This document shows, piece after piece, positions 1 through 13,210 of a stretch of DNA of 64,000 bases. The notes under the pieces were generated by a model that saw only the letters and a program-made list of their open reading frames with translations, had not been told where the DNA came from and made no database searches. The stretch comes from Sphyrna mokarran (Eukaryota), in NCBI GenBank assembly GCA_024679065.1, contig JAGIQG010000026.1:28086001-28150000 (forward strand), given 5' to 3'. The position numbers were made by a program, and so were the translations under genes. Position 1 is the first letter of the stretch; every line of letters starts with the position of its first letter.

Positions 1-399
1 GTATACATAAGTGGGCTTCATGATAGAGAAACTCACCCTACTATCCAATCGAATATTGAGATTGCAAATAATGTGATTCTGCCTGAAGCAGTGGCTGGAG
101 AGGGAGATGGAGTCAGTGACAACAGAACAGAGTTTGCAGTGGGAATAAAAATTATACTTTTGATTTTTTTTATATTTAACTAGAGGTAATTGCTGATGTG
201 GACAAAGCTGTTTGACATCACAAAGGTAGGGACAAGTGATGCAGAGGTAGTTTTTTAAAAAATTATTCATTCATGGGATGTGGATGTTACTGGCAAGGCC
301 AGCATTTCAGTGTTGGGTGTTGTCAACATATCTGTGGAATTTTAGCCTAAGTCTCAAATGATGTTCCTAAGAACTTACAGAATGTGAGCAAAGAGGGGT

Positions 400-1900
400 C
401 ACATTAATTGGAGCAGGCCATTTAGCCCATTAAGCCAGTTCTCCATTCAATGAGAACATGGCTGATCTGCAGCCTAATCTCAATATCCACCATTGTACCA
501 TATCCCTTAATATGTTTAGTTAATTTTAAAACTGAAATTGATAGATTTGAATTAACTAATCCAGCATCAATTATTATTGGCAGAAAAGAGTTCCAAACTT
601 CTACCACCCTTGGCAGTAGAAGCAGTAGTTGCTAATTTGACTCCTAAAAGGTCTGGCTCTAATTTTTAGATGATATTTCTGAAGTTCCTCAACTGGTGAA
701 AATAGTTTCACCCTGTTTCTCCTAATATCTTGAAAACTTTGATCAAATCATTCTATAATCTTCTAGTTTTCGGTGAATACAACCTTGGCTTATCTGTCTT
801 CGTAGCTTAACCCTAGGAGTCCAGGTGGCATTTCAATACATCTATATTACAGTCTCTTCAAGGCCAGTACAACCAACTTAAGTTATTTTGTCCAGAACTT
901 CCCACAGTATTCAAAGTGTGGCCTCACCATGAGTTTGTACAGTGGAACATGACGTCCATTCCCATAGTCTAGATACACGACCAGCATTCTGTTAGCCTTT
1001 TTGATGATTTCCCCGACAAATTCATGACACTTTAATGATGTGTACTCGGGCCCCCAAGTTTCTTTGGATCTCCACTGTTTTGAGCTGTTTGCTTTTTAGA
1101 AAGCATTCTATCCTGTTTAGGTCAAAGGTCAATGACCTCACACGTGCCTACTCTGAACTCCACTTACCAGTCTTACCCAATTCCTAATTCTTTGTAATTT
1201 TACACTACACCCACAGTGCTGGTAATGCTGCCTTTTTTTTTTGTTAGCAGCAAATTTAGATATATTCTTTCCCATCATCTAAGTTGCTATTGATGAATGA
1301 ACATGAGGAACCAACATAGATTTTTGAGGCATAAAGAGAAAATGCTATAAAATTCCTGACAGCATCTGTAGGGAGAAAATAGAGCCAAAATTTCAAGTCT
1401 ATATAACTCTTTGTCAGAGCTAAAGACAATTTAAAATAGGATGAGAACAAATATTTGAGGTACCATCAGTCACATCCACGCCAATTAGTGTAGCTGCCCA
1501 TTATCAGAAAACTTTGTCTCCTTCTATTCAGCCAATTTTCTAACAGGATCAATAATTTGCCATCAATCTATGAGGTTCAGTTATTGTTAAGAATCATTTA
1601 CGTGGAACTTCAGATATCTTCTAGCAGTCCATTTAAGTGACAGCTAAAGGAAGTTCCCTGTCCAGTACAATGGATTCTTCAAAACATTCAATTAAGCTCA
1701 TCAGGCATGACTCATCCATTACAAATCCATGCTAGCTTTTTCCGAGCAGCTAAAAATGTTCAAGGTGTTCAGTCACCCTATCCTTAATTTTGGATAGTGA
1801 CAATTTCCCAACAACATATTCTGTCACCTATCGTAAATTGTGGAATGAGATACAATTTTCTAACCTAAAGAGGAGTACTCCAGAATCAAGGATAGATAGT
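400..1900 (-). mobile_element. Decayed CR1-clade LINE (3' tail plus RT remnant)
   Basis: Tail ggagcaggccatttagcccatt...ggctgatctg, followed by degenerate antisense RT sequence (cagtattcaaagtgtggcctcacc). Confidence 0.75.
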
Positions 1901-2539
1901 TCATAACATTCCAGAGGTAATACTAGAGAGTATGGGAAAAGAAACTCTTGCCAACTAAACTCTCACTTGATTGAATGAGTGAATCCAAGTGAGAGGAAAT
2001 GCCACTGCGATGAATAGCAATAGTGAGATGCTGAATAAAGATGCTTTAATCAACTATTTCAAAATCTGTAGAGGTAGAGAAGGTAATAAAAGACTGTGGA
2101 TCATGGTTACAATTAGAGAATCTGATTTCACTGGTGATTTTGCTTAGGGTCATTAAAGTAATGTGGGAAGGACAGGAATTTGAAGAGACTCAAATTGAGT
2201 TGCAAAAGAGTGGGCACAGATTAGATAAGTTAACAGCATCTTTGCTATTTTTCAGAGAAAGTTGGGGTAGAATTTTGCAATTACAGCAGCTTTGAAAGAG
2301 TGGATGGCATTGTCTCTGAGAGGAACCCATTACAAAGTTTGCAGGTACAAAGACCAAGAAGAGAGATTTGGTGCTCAGCAGTTCATTGGGAATAGAATCA
2401 TTGAAGCAAGAAGCGGGTCTCCTAGACGAGATGAGCTTGGACAGAGCATGAGGAAGGTGGGAGACAAAGTAAAGATACAGGTTCAGCAATATGCAGATGT
2501 TCCTTAACAGTGAACTCTCCAGTCAACAAACATAACAAA

Positions 2540-2725
2540 ATTTGAATCATACAACGCAGCCATAATTGCCCTTCTCTTTCAAGATTTTCTGCAGCAATTC
2601 TACCTGACCGGGTTAATAATTATTCAAAAGATAGTCATGCAACTGAGCAAAGAGTACAGCATAACCACTGGATACAATCTTCAGCCGAACAGGCTAGTTG
2701 AGAAATTTAATAGCATGCTAAAGTG
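2540..2725 (+). mobile_element. Gypsy-type integrase remnant
   Basis: About 2661-2723 translates ITTGYNLQPNRLVEKFNSMLK, like the integrase motif TTxYHPQxNGxVERFNxTLK. Upstream AILPDR resembles ILSDRG. Confidence 0.65.
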
Positions 2726-3011
2726 AAGACAGTAACTAAAACTCGCATGAATAGAATTTAACTCTTGCCTGTGTGTAAAGAGATAACCCTGCACTTGACA
2801 GAATCCTCACTCCTTTGGTTAACTACACATGTATATCTGGACTGAAAATAGCCAAAATGACAAATTTTGTTGCAGGATCACTGACCTGGAAGTTTCCTAA
2901 TGGGGTCAATAATTTGTTGTCAATCTATGAACTTCAATTACAGTTAAGAATCTTTTATGTGGAACTTCTTCAGATTTTTCCAGACTCATCCTGTTTCTCT
3001 TCAGTTTTAAA

Positions 3012-3302
3012 TGTTTATTTATTAGTGCCACAACTGGCTTAAATTAACACTACAGTGAAGTTACTGTGAAAATCCCCTCATTGCCACACTCCAGCACTGT
3101 GTGGGTATACTGAGGGAGAATTTAGCATAGCCAATGCACCTAACCAGCACATCCTTCGGACTGTGGGAAGGAACTGGAGCACCTGGAGGAAATCCATACA
3201 AACATGGGGAGAACGTGCAGATTCCACACAGTGACCCAAGCAGGGAGACGAACCAAGATGCCTGGTGCTGTAAGGCAGCAGAGCTGACCATTGTTGCCGC
3301 CC
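3012..3302 (-). mobile_element. V-SINE (HE1-like head and core) with non-CR1 tail
   Basis: Antisense V domain (ggactgtgggaaggaactggagcacctggaggaaatcc) and tRNA-like head; tail ends ...gtggcactaataaataaac. Confidence 0.85.
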
Positions 3303-3389
3303 AATATTCCCTGATAAATGCGGCCTGATCTGCATTTCTATTTGTTTTCCAGAATCTACGGTATTTTTACTTTTGTCAACTTAAAATTA

Positions 3390-4789
3390 GACTTCTTGCT
3401 CCGTGATTTCAAGCAAACTACAACAGCAAGAACTGTTGAGTTAGTTGTAAGCTAAAGATAGAAGAAGCTGGACTTGGAATTGTAGAGAGCAGATTTCCCA
3501 AAATAACGAAATAAGATTCCAAAAAAAAAGAAATGGGGGTAAAAAAAAAGTCTCAGGAAGACAATTATATTAAAGAAACAAAGAACAAGCAGTTAAACAA
3601 GGTCCTGTTGGATGAATCATTGAATCCCCACAGAACAGAAGACCATTCAGCCCATCAAATCTGTACCAGCTCTCTGAAGAGCATCCTATCCAGGCCCACT
3701 CCCCTGTTCTATCCCTATAATCCTGAACATTTATCATAGCTAATCTACCTCACATACACATCTTTGAAGACTAAGGGCAATTTAGCATGGTCAATTCACC
3801 TAACCTGCACATTTTTGGACTGTTTAGAAGTTTTAGTAAAACTTCTAAATAAATAAACTGCCACAAGAACTACATTTAAAGTCAGCTAGGTGAAATATCA
3901 GACAGCCAAGGTAAATCAAAAGTTTGCTGACACCTTACTATAGCCTGTGAAGCAGTAGTTCTGTTGGCGTGGCTGGGTACTTCAGAGATCAGGTGGAAGC
4001 TCAAGTGCACATGGCAAGAATATTAAAAGGAGGTCGAAATTCTGGAGGTAGTTCTTTGGTGAAAGTATCCAAGAGAAAGTATCATTTGGGGGAAGATCAT
4101 AGGTAGAGGTGGGAACATCGGGGTGGCGGTGCAGGCTCGTTGGGCTGAAGGGCCTGTTTTCCGTCTGTTTTATTCTTTGTTCTTTGAGGCTGGAGTTTGG
4201 AAACCCTTGTGTGGAAGTCAGAGTTCCAATGAGACCAACTGGCATTTGGGAGGGGATTTGATGAGAAATCCACAAGTTGTGTTAGGTGATATCTGTCACT
4301 CAGTTTCAGAGTGTGGTGTTTTTGATTACAGTTAGCCTACTGGTTTACATGGACGGAGTACTTATCGAGAAAATCAGAGTATAAGGTAAAGTTTGTAACT
4401 TGTCATCCTTATAAATATGTATATATTTGTGAAGGTATAGTTGGGGTGAAGGACCATTGTGTTATAGTTAATCTTTTTATTTAATACTTTTTTGGTTAAA
4501 TTGTGTTTTTTATTTAAGAAAAACTTGGACGGGTTCATGAATGAGAGAGGTATGGAAGGATATGGTCCAAGTGCAGGTCAGTGGGACTAGGCAAAAAAAA
4601 TGGCGCGGCAGACAAAAAGAGCCAAAAGGCCCATTTCTGAGCTGTAATTTTTAATGTTCAAAAAGTTAATTGGCAGTCCTCTGATTCTGTTCATCCACAT
4701 CTCCAAAAAAAATTAGCTAGGATTAATCAAACTAGTTTCATCCTTGGATCCGAGTTGTCCAGTAGTAACATCAATTGGGGTCGTTAACA
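3390..4789 (+). mobile_element. Probable solo LTR with nested V-SINE (3630-3824) and two CR1 tails (about 4060-4186 and 4515-4660)
   Basis: Ends ...ggggtcgttaaca, a terminus typical of shark Gypsy-type LTRs. Left boundary uncertain; nested tails recognised directly. Confidence 0.4.
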
Positions 4790-7221
4790 AGGGCGTTTGT
4801 CCTGGGAGAGGGACAGAGTTTAGATGTGGCGAGGTGGGGACCGAAAGCCTCCTGCTCCTCATGACCCAGAAGCAGGACAACGAAGATACTTATTTTCTCC
4901 CTGTAGTTGCTGCCCTCATCTTCCTTTGGTTATCCATCCAGCCACAATTAATCCTATGAAACAGGTTAAACACCTCATTAAAAGATTTAAATTGTCATCT
5001 CATGTCCAGGGAGCTACCCTCCCACTATCCTGTCTCCATCACAACTGAAAGTGGATGGGTTGGAGGAGGTTGTGGTGGAAATTGTTAAAATTTTAACTTC
5101 TGGCCCAACCAAAAATCTCCAGTTTTTGGCTGCTAAAATTCAACCCTAAATTGTGCTATATGCAAATGTTTTGTTTCTTCTTAAATGTTAACAATAGGAG
5201 AACAAGAGTATTTTGTGCAATTTAATAAGGTAATTACCAGTTGCTAATCAATCCCTATGGAATACATGTGAAGTTCCATTCATTCAAATGATGGCCTTTT
5301 CTGCCAAACATGAAAAGAATATTTGGCAAAAGTTTAAAATTGTTTGCCATCATAATGAAAGCTAGCATTAACAGCGTTAGACAAAAAAAGTCACGGCAGT
5401 ATGACTGAGGTATTGAACTTTTGTCATTGTGTAAATGAGAAAAAACAGAAATCCTATCAGACAAAAAGGATGCTTACTCTACAGGCAGTGTTATCAATGA
5501 ATAGAAATCCAATAATAATATGTTAATGGGCTTCATTCAGAAATGGCCCTCTTTATGCCAAGGAGTTCAGAGTTCATACTAACATTTGGAATAGAAAAAC
5601 CAAACCAAATGAAAAACTAAGAGGGACTCCCCACTGTTTCCATATGCATCAAGTTACTGTTACAGAAATGCTATACTCAAGTTATTAAAAATGATTGTGT
5701 CAGTATTGTATGGGGATCGCAAAAATTCCAAATGTTCCTGGCCCATTCTGACTAAATTGCTTTTGCATTTTAAAACTTAAAAATATCTCGGTGAAACATA
5801 ACTGGATTTTCATACAATTTGGCCACCAGGAAGACAGTGATTATTACAGAAGTTGGTTCATATGTGCATTATAAAGTAGGAATGTGAACCACTATTTCTT
5901 AGGAGAGAAGAGAGTGGTGCAAGTGTTCACCATGTACATCCAGATAAACAGCATGTTTCAATTCATTTGATTTCCAGCAATCCTGCAATCAACATCTAGC
6001 TGTTTTTGAAAATGAGCCCAATGTCTGGCCTTAAACACTCCTCCTAAAAACCCTTCTCAGCTGTTTGGAAATATTTAATGATGTTTGGCCTAAATTTATT
6101 CTTTGCTATCCTGACCATGTTACCTCATCATGCTGTTTTAGCACAAATGAAAGCAAGTTTTACTGATTCTCGACCAAGTTTTATTTGGGAGGCTGAAAGG
6201 ACAATGCTTGTCAATTTGTTCCTTGATTTCTTCCATCAGTACATTGAATCAACTACTGTATTATGTCCAGGGACTGACAACTCCTTTGTATTCTTACATT
6301 ACAACGACACAGCATTCAAAGTGGGCCTACTATGGCAATGCAGTTTTCCTGCAAGTTTTGGAATATGAAGTTATTTGATTGAGTACTCTAGTCTAGCATC
6401 CAACTGGTTTTGTTTATTGCCAACATACATTACTTGTTCAATGACAGAAGATGAATCTAAACCTATAAATCTCTCAAACTGCAACTTGGCAAATTCTACT
6501 TTAAAAATGAAGTAGATTAAACTCCAAGTTTACTTTTAACACAAATAGTTCTTGTATAATTTGTATTGTCAAATAGTTACCTTCCAAATACTGGGGTTTT
6601 TGAGAATCTGTGTTTCATTTTATTTTTGATCCATGTAAGAATTAATCCCATTGCTCAATTGCACAGGCTATGTATTTTCCCTATACAACATTTTTAAAGA
6701 TTGCCCATTTATGGCCGACAGATTCATGATTATCCCCAGCCTATGTTAATAAACTCAGCTCCTATAACCTGAAATTTGTCTGCTGAAAGCTTTACACTAG
6801 CATTTTATGTTATTGTGCTGCTGTTGTAAGCTTGTGACTTCATCCAGGAACTTGTAAAAAAAAAAGATGGCCCTTCAAGTGTTGAAACAAAAACGCACTT
6901 CAATTCCACAACAAAGCTGAAGCCCTGCTACGACTGCAAATTCCATCTTAATGTAAATAACCAATTTTGTTTTTTAATTCTTGTAATAAATCCTTCATTA
7001 TTTCTGTAAGTAATGTGTCAATAAAAATTTACAACAGTCCAAATGCATGCTAAATTAAGACGGGAAATTGTGTTTGTGATTGGAACCAGTTACTCTGCTT
7101 CACGTGAAACACCATGAACCGCTGCTGAACATTTCTAGATGTTAGTCACTGAATTTCATATTACTTCATTATTATTAACTATATTTACTTCTGAAGGATA
7201 ACTGGCTGGTTACCTTACTTC

Positions 7222-7518
7222 CATAGAATCCCTACAGTGCTGAAGGCAATCATTCAGTTCATTGAGTCTTTACCTATAACAATCCCACCCAGGCCCTATC
7301 ACCTTAATCCCACATATTTACCCTGCTAATCCCCCAGACACTAAGAGACAATTTAGTATGGCTAATCCACACATTTTTTGAGTACAAAGAAACCAGAGTA
7401 CCCGGAGGAAACCCACACAGACACAGAGAGAATGTGCAAACTCCACACAGATAATCACACAAGGCCAGAATTGAACCCAGGTACCTGGTGCTGAGGCAGC
7501 AATGCTAACAACTGTACC
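7222..7518 (-). mobile_element. HE1-type V-SINE, near full length
   Basis: catagaatccctacagtgc tail, V domain (cccggaggaaacccacacagacac), tRNA B-box (gggttcaattc on minus). Confidence 0.9.
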
Positions 7519-8144
7519 AGTTTTAAAGCCATTAATTTGGTAAGTGCAGATGGAAGGACTGCGCTTGAAACAAGAACATTTGTTCTTTCTTCATACATAG
7601 ATGTTGTCCGACTTGCTGAGCATTTGCAACACTTTGCTTCAGATTTGCAGCATCTGCTACACGTAGCTTTTAAGTTCAGTAAAATAGAAACCTGCTGTAA
7701 TGCAGAGATTAACTTTGTAATTTTCAGACTGAACTCTATGTAGCACATACATAACTATTCAATTCCAAATTACAAAAGGCATATATTAGAGAGAGAAGGA
7801 AAGGAGGATAATCATTGTGGTATAAACATTAAAACTAGGCTGACTGACAGAAAGAACTATAATTATTCTTTAGAAGTCACGGAAGCAGGTAAATTAATCC
7901 CTTTATGGCATTTCCTTATCAGTTTTCTGTCGACTGTTATACCCTCAATATCTTCTGAATTCTGTTATAAATCATTTTCTTCAATTAACTGTGTGTATAT
8001 ATTTTAGTCACTTCAGCCATTAAAAGCCTCAAAGCCTACTGCACAGATCACTCCAATTAGGGTAACTGTTAAATCTCCAGACACACACATCTCCAAGGGA
8101 AAAGTGAACAAAAGATATAATACTGGATAACAGGGGACAGAAAT

Positions 8145-8310
8145 AAGAACTACTAACTGCAAGAACTACTAACTGCAAGAACTACTAACTGCAAGAACTA
8201 CTAACTGCAAGAACTACTAACTGCAAGAACTACTAACTGCAAGAACTACTAACTGCAAGAACTACTAACTGCAAGAACTACTAACTGCAAGAACTACTAA
8301 CTGCAAGAAC
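8145..8310. repeat. Perfect 16-bp minisatellite (AAGAACTACTAACTGC) x10 plus partial copy
   Basis: Read directly: 166 bp, no variant units. Confidence 0.98.
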
Positions 8311-8451
8311 AGGAATGTTTCAGGTTCAATTGTTTGTGCTTAATTTCAGCTTGGCAAAATCAGCTTGATTACTATAGTAGGTCAACAAGGGGTTCTATGA
8401 CTAATCTACATTCACTGATTCTGGTGGAAAACATTCACACTGGTTACTGGT

Positions 8452-9490
8452 CATAGAGTCATTCTGGCACAGGAGGTCGTCATTTGGCCCATTGATTCCA
8501 TACTGACTTACTGTGAAGCAACCCAATCACTTTCTTTCCCCTGTTCTATTGCACAGCCTGGAACTTTACCCAATTGGCCATCCAGTTTCTTTTTACAAGT
8601 TATTTATCATCTCTGCTTCATGGGCAGAGTGTTGCAGGTCATTTCCACTCATCACTTAAAAATTTCTTTCTCACATCCTTCTGCATCTCTGGCCAAAAGC
8701 CTTAAATCTGCATCCCTTAATCTTGTAGTCACAGGTAATAGGTACAGATTTGCTTTGCTTATCTTATCTAAACCTGTTATTACCTTGTAAACCTTGATCA
8801 AATCAATCTCTTTTGCTCCAAGGAGATCAATCACAGTTTCTTCAATTTAACCTTCTGGTTAAAATTCTCAATTCCTGGAACCACTCCAGTAAATCTCTCT
8901 GCATCCTTTCAAGGATCCTCACATTCTTCATAAACCATGCTGACCAGGTTTAGATCCAATGTTCTAGTTTTAGCCTAACCAGAGCTTTAGGCAGGATTCA
9001 GCATAACTTCACTGCTTTTGTTCTCCATACTTGTATTTGTGAATCCCTAGATTCTTTATGCTTTGCTGACCGCTGTCTCAATATGTCCTGTCACTTTCAA
9101 AAATGCAGATGAACCCCCAGATCTCATGTCCCTGTATATTTTTTTTACAACTGCACCATTTCATCAATATTGTCTCATTCTATTCTTTCTGCCAAGTGAA
9201 CCGCCTTACACTTCTCTAAGAAATTCCATCTGCTACATGTCTATTTATTCTACCAATTCTCTGACACTTCCCTCATATCTAAGGAAGATCAAGACAGGCA
9301 CTTCTGTGATCATCGCTTCTGCTTCCTTTACCAATCTGGGATGTAAGTTATCTGAACTAGGAGACATAACATGGAAAATAAGTGCAGGAATAGGCCATTC
9401 AGCCATCCATCATCCCCAGAGTTTGCTCCACAATTCAATTTGGTCATGGCTGATTTCCTATTTCAACACCATACTCTGACTCTCTCCCCA
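8452..9490 (-). mobile_element. Decayed CR1 LINE 3' fragments
   Basis: Tail catagagtcattctggcacaggagg...; ORF 8652..8834 has DLIKVYKVITGLDK (CR1 ORF2 C-terminus); second tail near 9370. Confidence 0.8.
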
Positions 9491-10030
9491 TTCCTTTTTA
9501 TACAAAATCAGCCTTTCCAGTATGTCTTTCCAATGATTTTTTATTCCATCCATTATCTGTACCATCTCAGCTTCTTCAATATTTCGTCAGAATCCTCTTC
9601 ATTGGTAACACAGATACAAAGTACTCATTAATATTCAACCTGTGCCCAGTATCACCTCCTTCTTTGTCCCCTAAAAGACCCCACTCCACCTTACTATGTG
9701 ATTACTATTTATATGCCTGTAAAAGAATTTTGGATTCCCTTTTATATTCTTGTTATTCTAGTCTTGTATTCTCTTCGCTGTCTTATTTTCCTCTTCATTT
9801 CACCTTTAAACCGATTGTATTTGGCCTGGATCCTGCATGAAGAAGTCACCCAACATGCAGTTGTGTTTAGTCTCATCATGTTCTTTGTATCCTTTGTCAA
9901 CCAATGAGCATTGATTTTAATTGCTTAGCTTTCACCTTTGATGAAATATATTCAGACTTTAACTGAATTATTAAACATCATTCATTTGATGTCCTGTCAA
10001 TCTTTGGTTCCATTTTACCCTGGGTACATC

Positions 10031-10985
10031 TCATAGAAACTAGAAGCAGGAGCAAGCCATTTGACCGTTCGTGTCTGCGCTGCTATTTATTACGATCATA
10101 GCTGATCATCAAATTCAAAGTCCTGATCTCCTCTTCTCCCCCAATATCAACCGCGAGACCTACATTTAATTTCTTTTTGAAACCACACAACATTTTGGCC
10201 TCAGCTACTTGCTGTGCTAGTGAATTTCATGTACTCACCACTCTCTGGGGAAAGAAATTTCTCCTTAATTCAGCTCTAAAAAATTTACCCCTCCTTATCC
10301 TGAAATCATGACCCCTGGTTCTGGACTCCCCCACCATCAGGAACATTCTTTCTGAATCTACTCTGGCTAACCCTGTTAGAATAGTACAAATTTCTATGCA
10401 ATCCCCTCTCAATCTTCTGAACTCCAATGAACACAATTTAAACTAACTTAATCTCTCATATGACAAGACCTGCCATCGCAGTAAACCTTTGCTGCACTTC
10501 CTCTATAGCAAGGGCATCCTTCCTCAGATAAGGACACCAAAACGACACACAATACTCCAGGTATGGCCTCACCAACACCCTTTATGATTGCAATAAAATA
10601 TTCCTATTCATGTACTCAAATCTTCTTGCTATGAAGGCCAACAAACCATTTGCCTTTACTGCCTGCTGTACCTATGCACTTCTTTTCAGCAACTGATGTA
10701 CGAGGCCACCAAAGTTTCACTAAGCACCCACCTATCTCTCTCAATTTATACCCACTCAAGTAATAATCTGTCTTCCTATTATTGCTACCAAAGTAGATAA
10801 ACTCACATTTATTCACATTCTACTGCATCTGCCATGCGAATGCCCACTCAAACGGTCCAAATAATGCTGAAACATTTCTGCATCCTCCTCACAGCTCACT
10901 CTCTCTCCATACTTTGTATCATCTACAAATTTGGAGATAACAACAACATTCAATTCCCTCTTGAAAATTATATAATGTGAACATT
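10031..10985 (-). mobile_element. CR1 LINE 3' fragment (RT C-terminus plus tail)
   Basis: ORF 10227..10436 SLEFRRLRGD...ESRTRGH...RRNFFPQRVV and ORF 10616..10816 NKCEFIYFG are CR1 ORF2 signatures. Confidence 0.9.
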
Positions 10986-11099
10986 ACCTAATAATTTATA
11001 TTATATAAATGATATACATTATATAATGTATATCATTACATACGTAATGTATATAATGGGGACCTAGCAAAATACCCATGGAACCTTATTGACTACTAT

Positions 11100-11495
11100 T
11101 CCTGACACAAATATTCGATTCCTCCAATATCAAGAAAAGATTGCAGCCTTGTGCACCATCCAGAAGATGCACTTCAGGAACTCACAGGGCTCCTTAAGCA
11201 GCATGTTCCAAGCCCATAACAACTACCATGAGCAGATACCTGGGAACACTATCACCTGGAGATCCCCCTCCAAATCACGCACCATCCTGATTTGGAAATA
11301 TATCACCATTCCTTCGCTGTTGCTGAACCAAAATCCTGAATTCCCTCCCTGGCAGCATTATGGATGTACCAACGTCTCAAGGACTGCAGCAGTTCAAGAA
11401 GGCATTGCACTACCACCTTCTCAAAGGCAACTAAAGGTGGGCAATAATTGCTGGCCTAGTCAACAAAGCCCACATACCATTAATGAATTTTAAAA
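11100..11495 (+). mobile_element. LINE 3' end, second CR1-group family
   Basis: ggactgcagcagttcaagaaggc...accaccttctcaaaggcaact...ggcaataattgctggcc tail. Same family at about 255-310 (-), 25265-25670, 51270-51890 and 63550-64000 (-). Confidence 0.8.
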
Positions 11496-11559
11496 ATATT
11501 ACAGCAAAGAGAAGAATGTGCCAAAACGTGTCTGTGTCAGAACACAACCCTGATTGTCC

Positions 11560-13210
11560 CTACTGCAGATTTTAAAAGGGTTCCAATGTTGCTCTGTCAT
11601 AGCTAACCTAACCAAGACGTCATCATAGAAAGAGGAAAGCGTATTCAGCATTTTTGACAGTCAATTTTCTCCAACAGCTTAAACAGACTGTCTCTGCTCA
11701 CATGATTGAATGCCTCAGTGAGATCAATGAAGGTAACGCATCGTGGTCAATTCTGTTGATGATATTTCTCTTGCAATGGCCAGGCTGAGAAAATCATGTC
11801 AATCATAGAGCCTCCAGTTCTGAAACCCACGCTGGCTTTCAAGCTAGATGCATTCAGCTGGGATCTGCAGTTCGAGAAGGGCAAATATTTTTGGAATGAA
11901 ACTCAGCAGGGAAATACCTCAATCATAGTTACAATCGCTATGGTCACATTACAAGAACAAATCTTTGCATCATGCATGTCCTAAGGAACTACTTCCTCCT
12001 TTTAGTAGGCGGAGAATTTTGTGCAGATATTGCAGGTGTACCAGTTTCCCATGCTCGATGAGTTCACACTGGAGCTATGCCCACAACAAGCAAGACAATC
12101 GCCTTAATAAATTTCTCTACTGCGGGTTCAATATCCAGCTCTGCCACAACAGGCAGGCTTTCAATGGTATTTAGAATTTCCTCGTTGATAGGTGAAACTC
12201 TGCAATGTGAAACTCTCTCTTCAAATGTTTATTGCAATCAGTAATCACCAGCCTGGCCCATGTTTTTGATAGAGCTGATTTCTTTGCCATTGGACCTGTT
12301 GCCTTTTTGATTCCTTTATACCTGCCCCTAGTATTTTCATAGAATAGAATCCCTACAGTGCAGAAAGAAGCCATTTGGCCCATCAAGTCTATGCTGTCAA
12401 CAATCCTACCTAGGCCTACACCAATTATTTACACTGCTAATCTGCCTGACACTAAGGCAATTCAGCATGGCCAGTCCACCTATTTTCTGTATCAAAGGAT
12501 ATTCAGGCAAAGTTATAATCAATAATAATTAGTATGTAGGGTTACAGGAGCAAGGTCTGGGTAAGATATTCAAGAGTCTTTGTAGACTTGATGGGTCAAA
12601 TAGCCTTCTGTATTTAGGGATTCTATGATAATAAACAGTGCTCTGCTGGACTTACTTCAAGTAGCTTTATGAATTCAAAGACTGCCAGCTCAGATCTCTC
12701 TTGTAATTTGTGATAGCAGGCCATTTGGCTTCAATTGGAAGTTCCATCACAAATGATGTTAGCCTCAAGCCACTCAGCATTTTTCCACACTCAATGTGTT
12801 GGGACTGCAGTATTTAGATAATGTCTTGACGTATGTTCCTGTCTAGCACGTGTTATTAACCAGCTGCAAGTCTTCTGTCAATCCTATGCACATAGTTCTG
12901 ACATTCTAGTTTATGACTGAAGAGTTGGTATCATCTTTTTCTTTGTTTCTTTCATTTGCTTGCCTGGTGCAAAGGCACTCATCAAGTAGAAACTCTCAGA
13001 TCCAAGAACCCACTGAAACAGTTGCATGATTGCCAGGCAGCACCTTATTAATCAGGGGCTGCCTAACTTTGGTGGCTGACTAGTGTAGTACAATAGTCTT
13101 TCCCACCACTGGAGACAGTCATAGCTTTCTACACCAACTGAGTTGGCTTATTCTTTTATAACTACTACATTAAAGCTCTGCAGTAAAACTGTAACGTCCT
13201 CTCCAGGGTA
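11560..13210 (-). mobile_element. Decayed RTE-clade LINE, interrupted by V-SINE fragments (12337-12630)
   Basis: ORF 12171..12386 contains RGRYKGIKKATGPMAKKSALSK...VITDCNK, like RTE ORF2 (GMYEGIKKAIGP..KTAPLKS). Confidence 0.7.

Noticed and set aside
5255-5464. FMFGRK as the expected RANBP3 FVFGQN exon
   Set aside because: Surrounding peptide does not match and splice sites do not fit. No FxFG exon was found in 1-14000, so it must lie left of the window.
6124-6192. 69-nt exon-like segment (tcctttcag ... GAG|gtaaca)
   Set aside because: Short pyrimidine tract, stop at codon 4 in the required phase, no other support; such pseudo-exons are common by chance.
8145-8310. Possible CRISPR array
   Set aside because: Units are contiguous with no spacers, there are no cas genes, and the context is eukaryotic.
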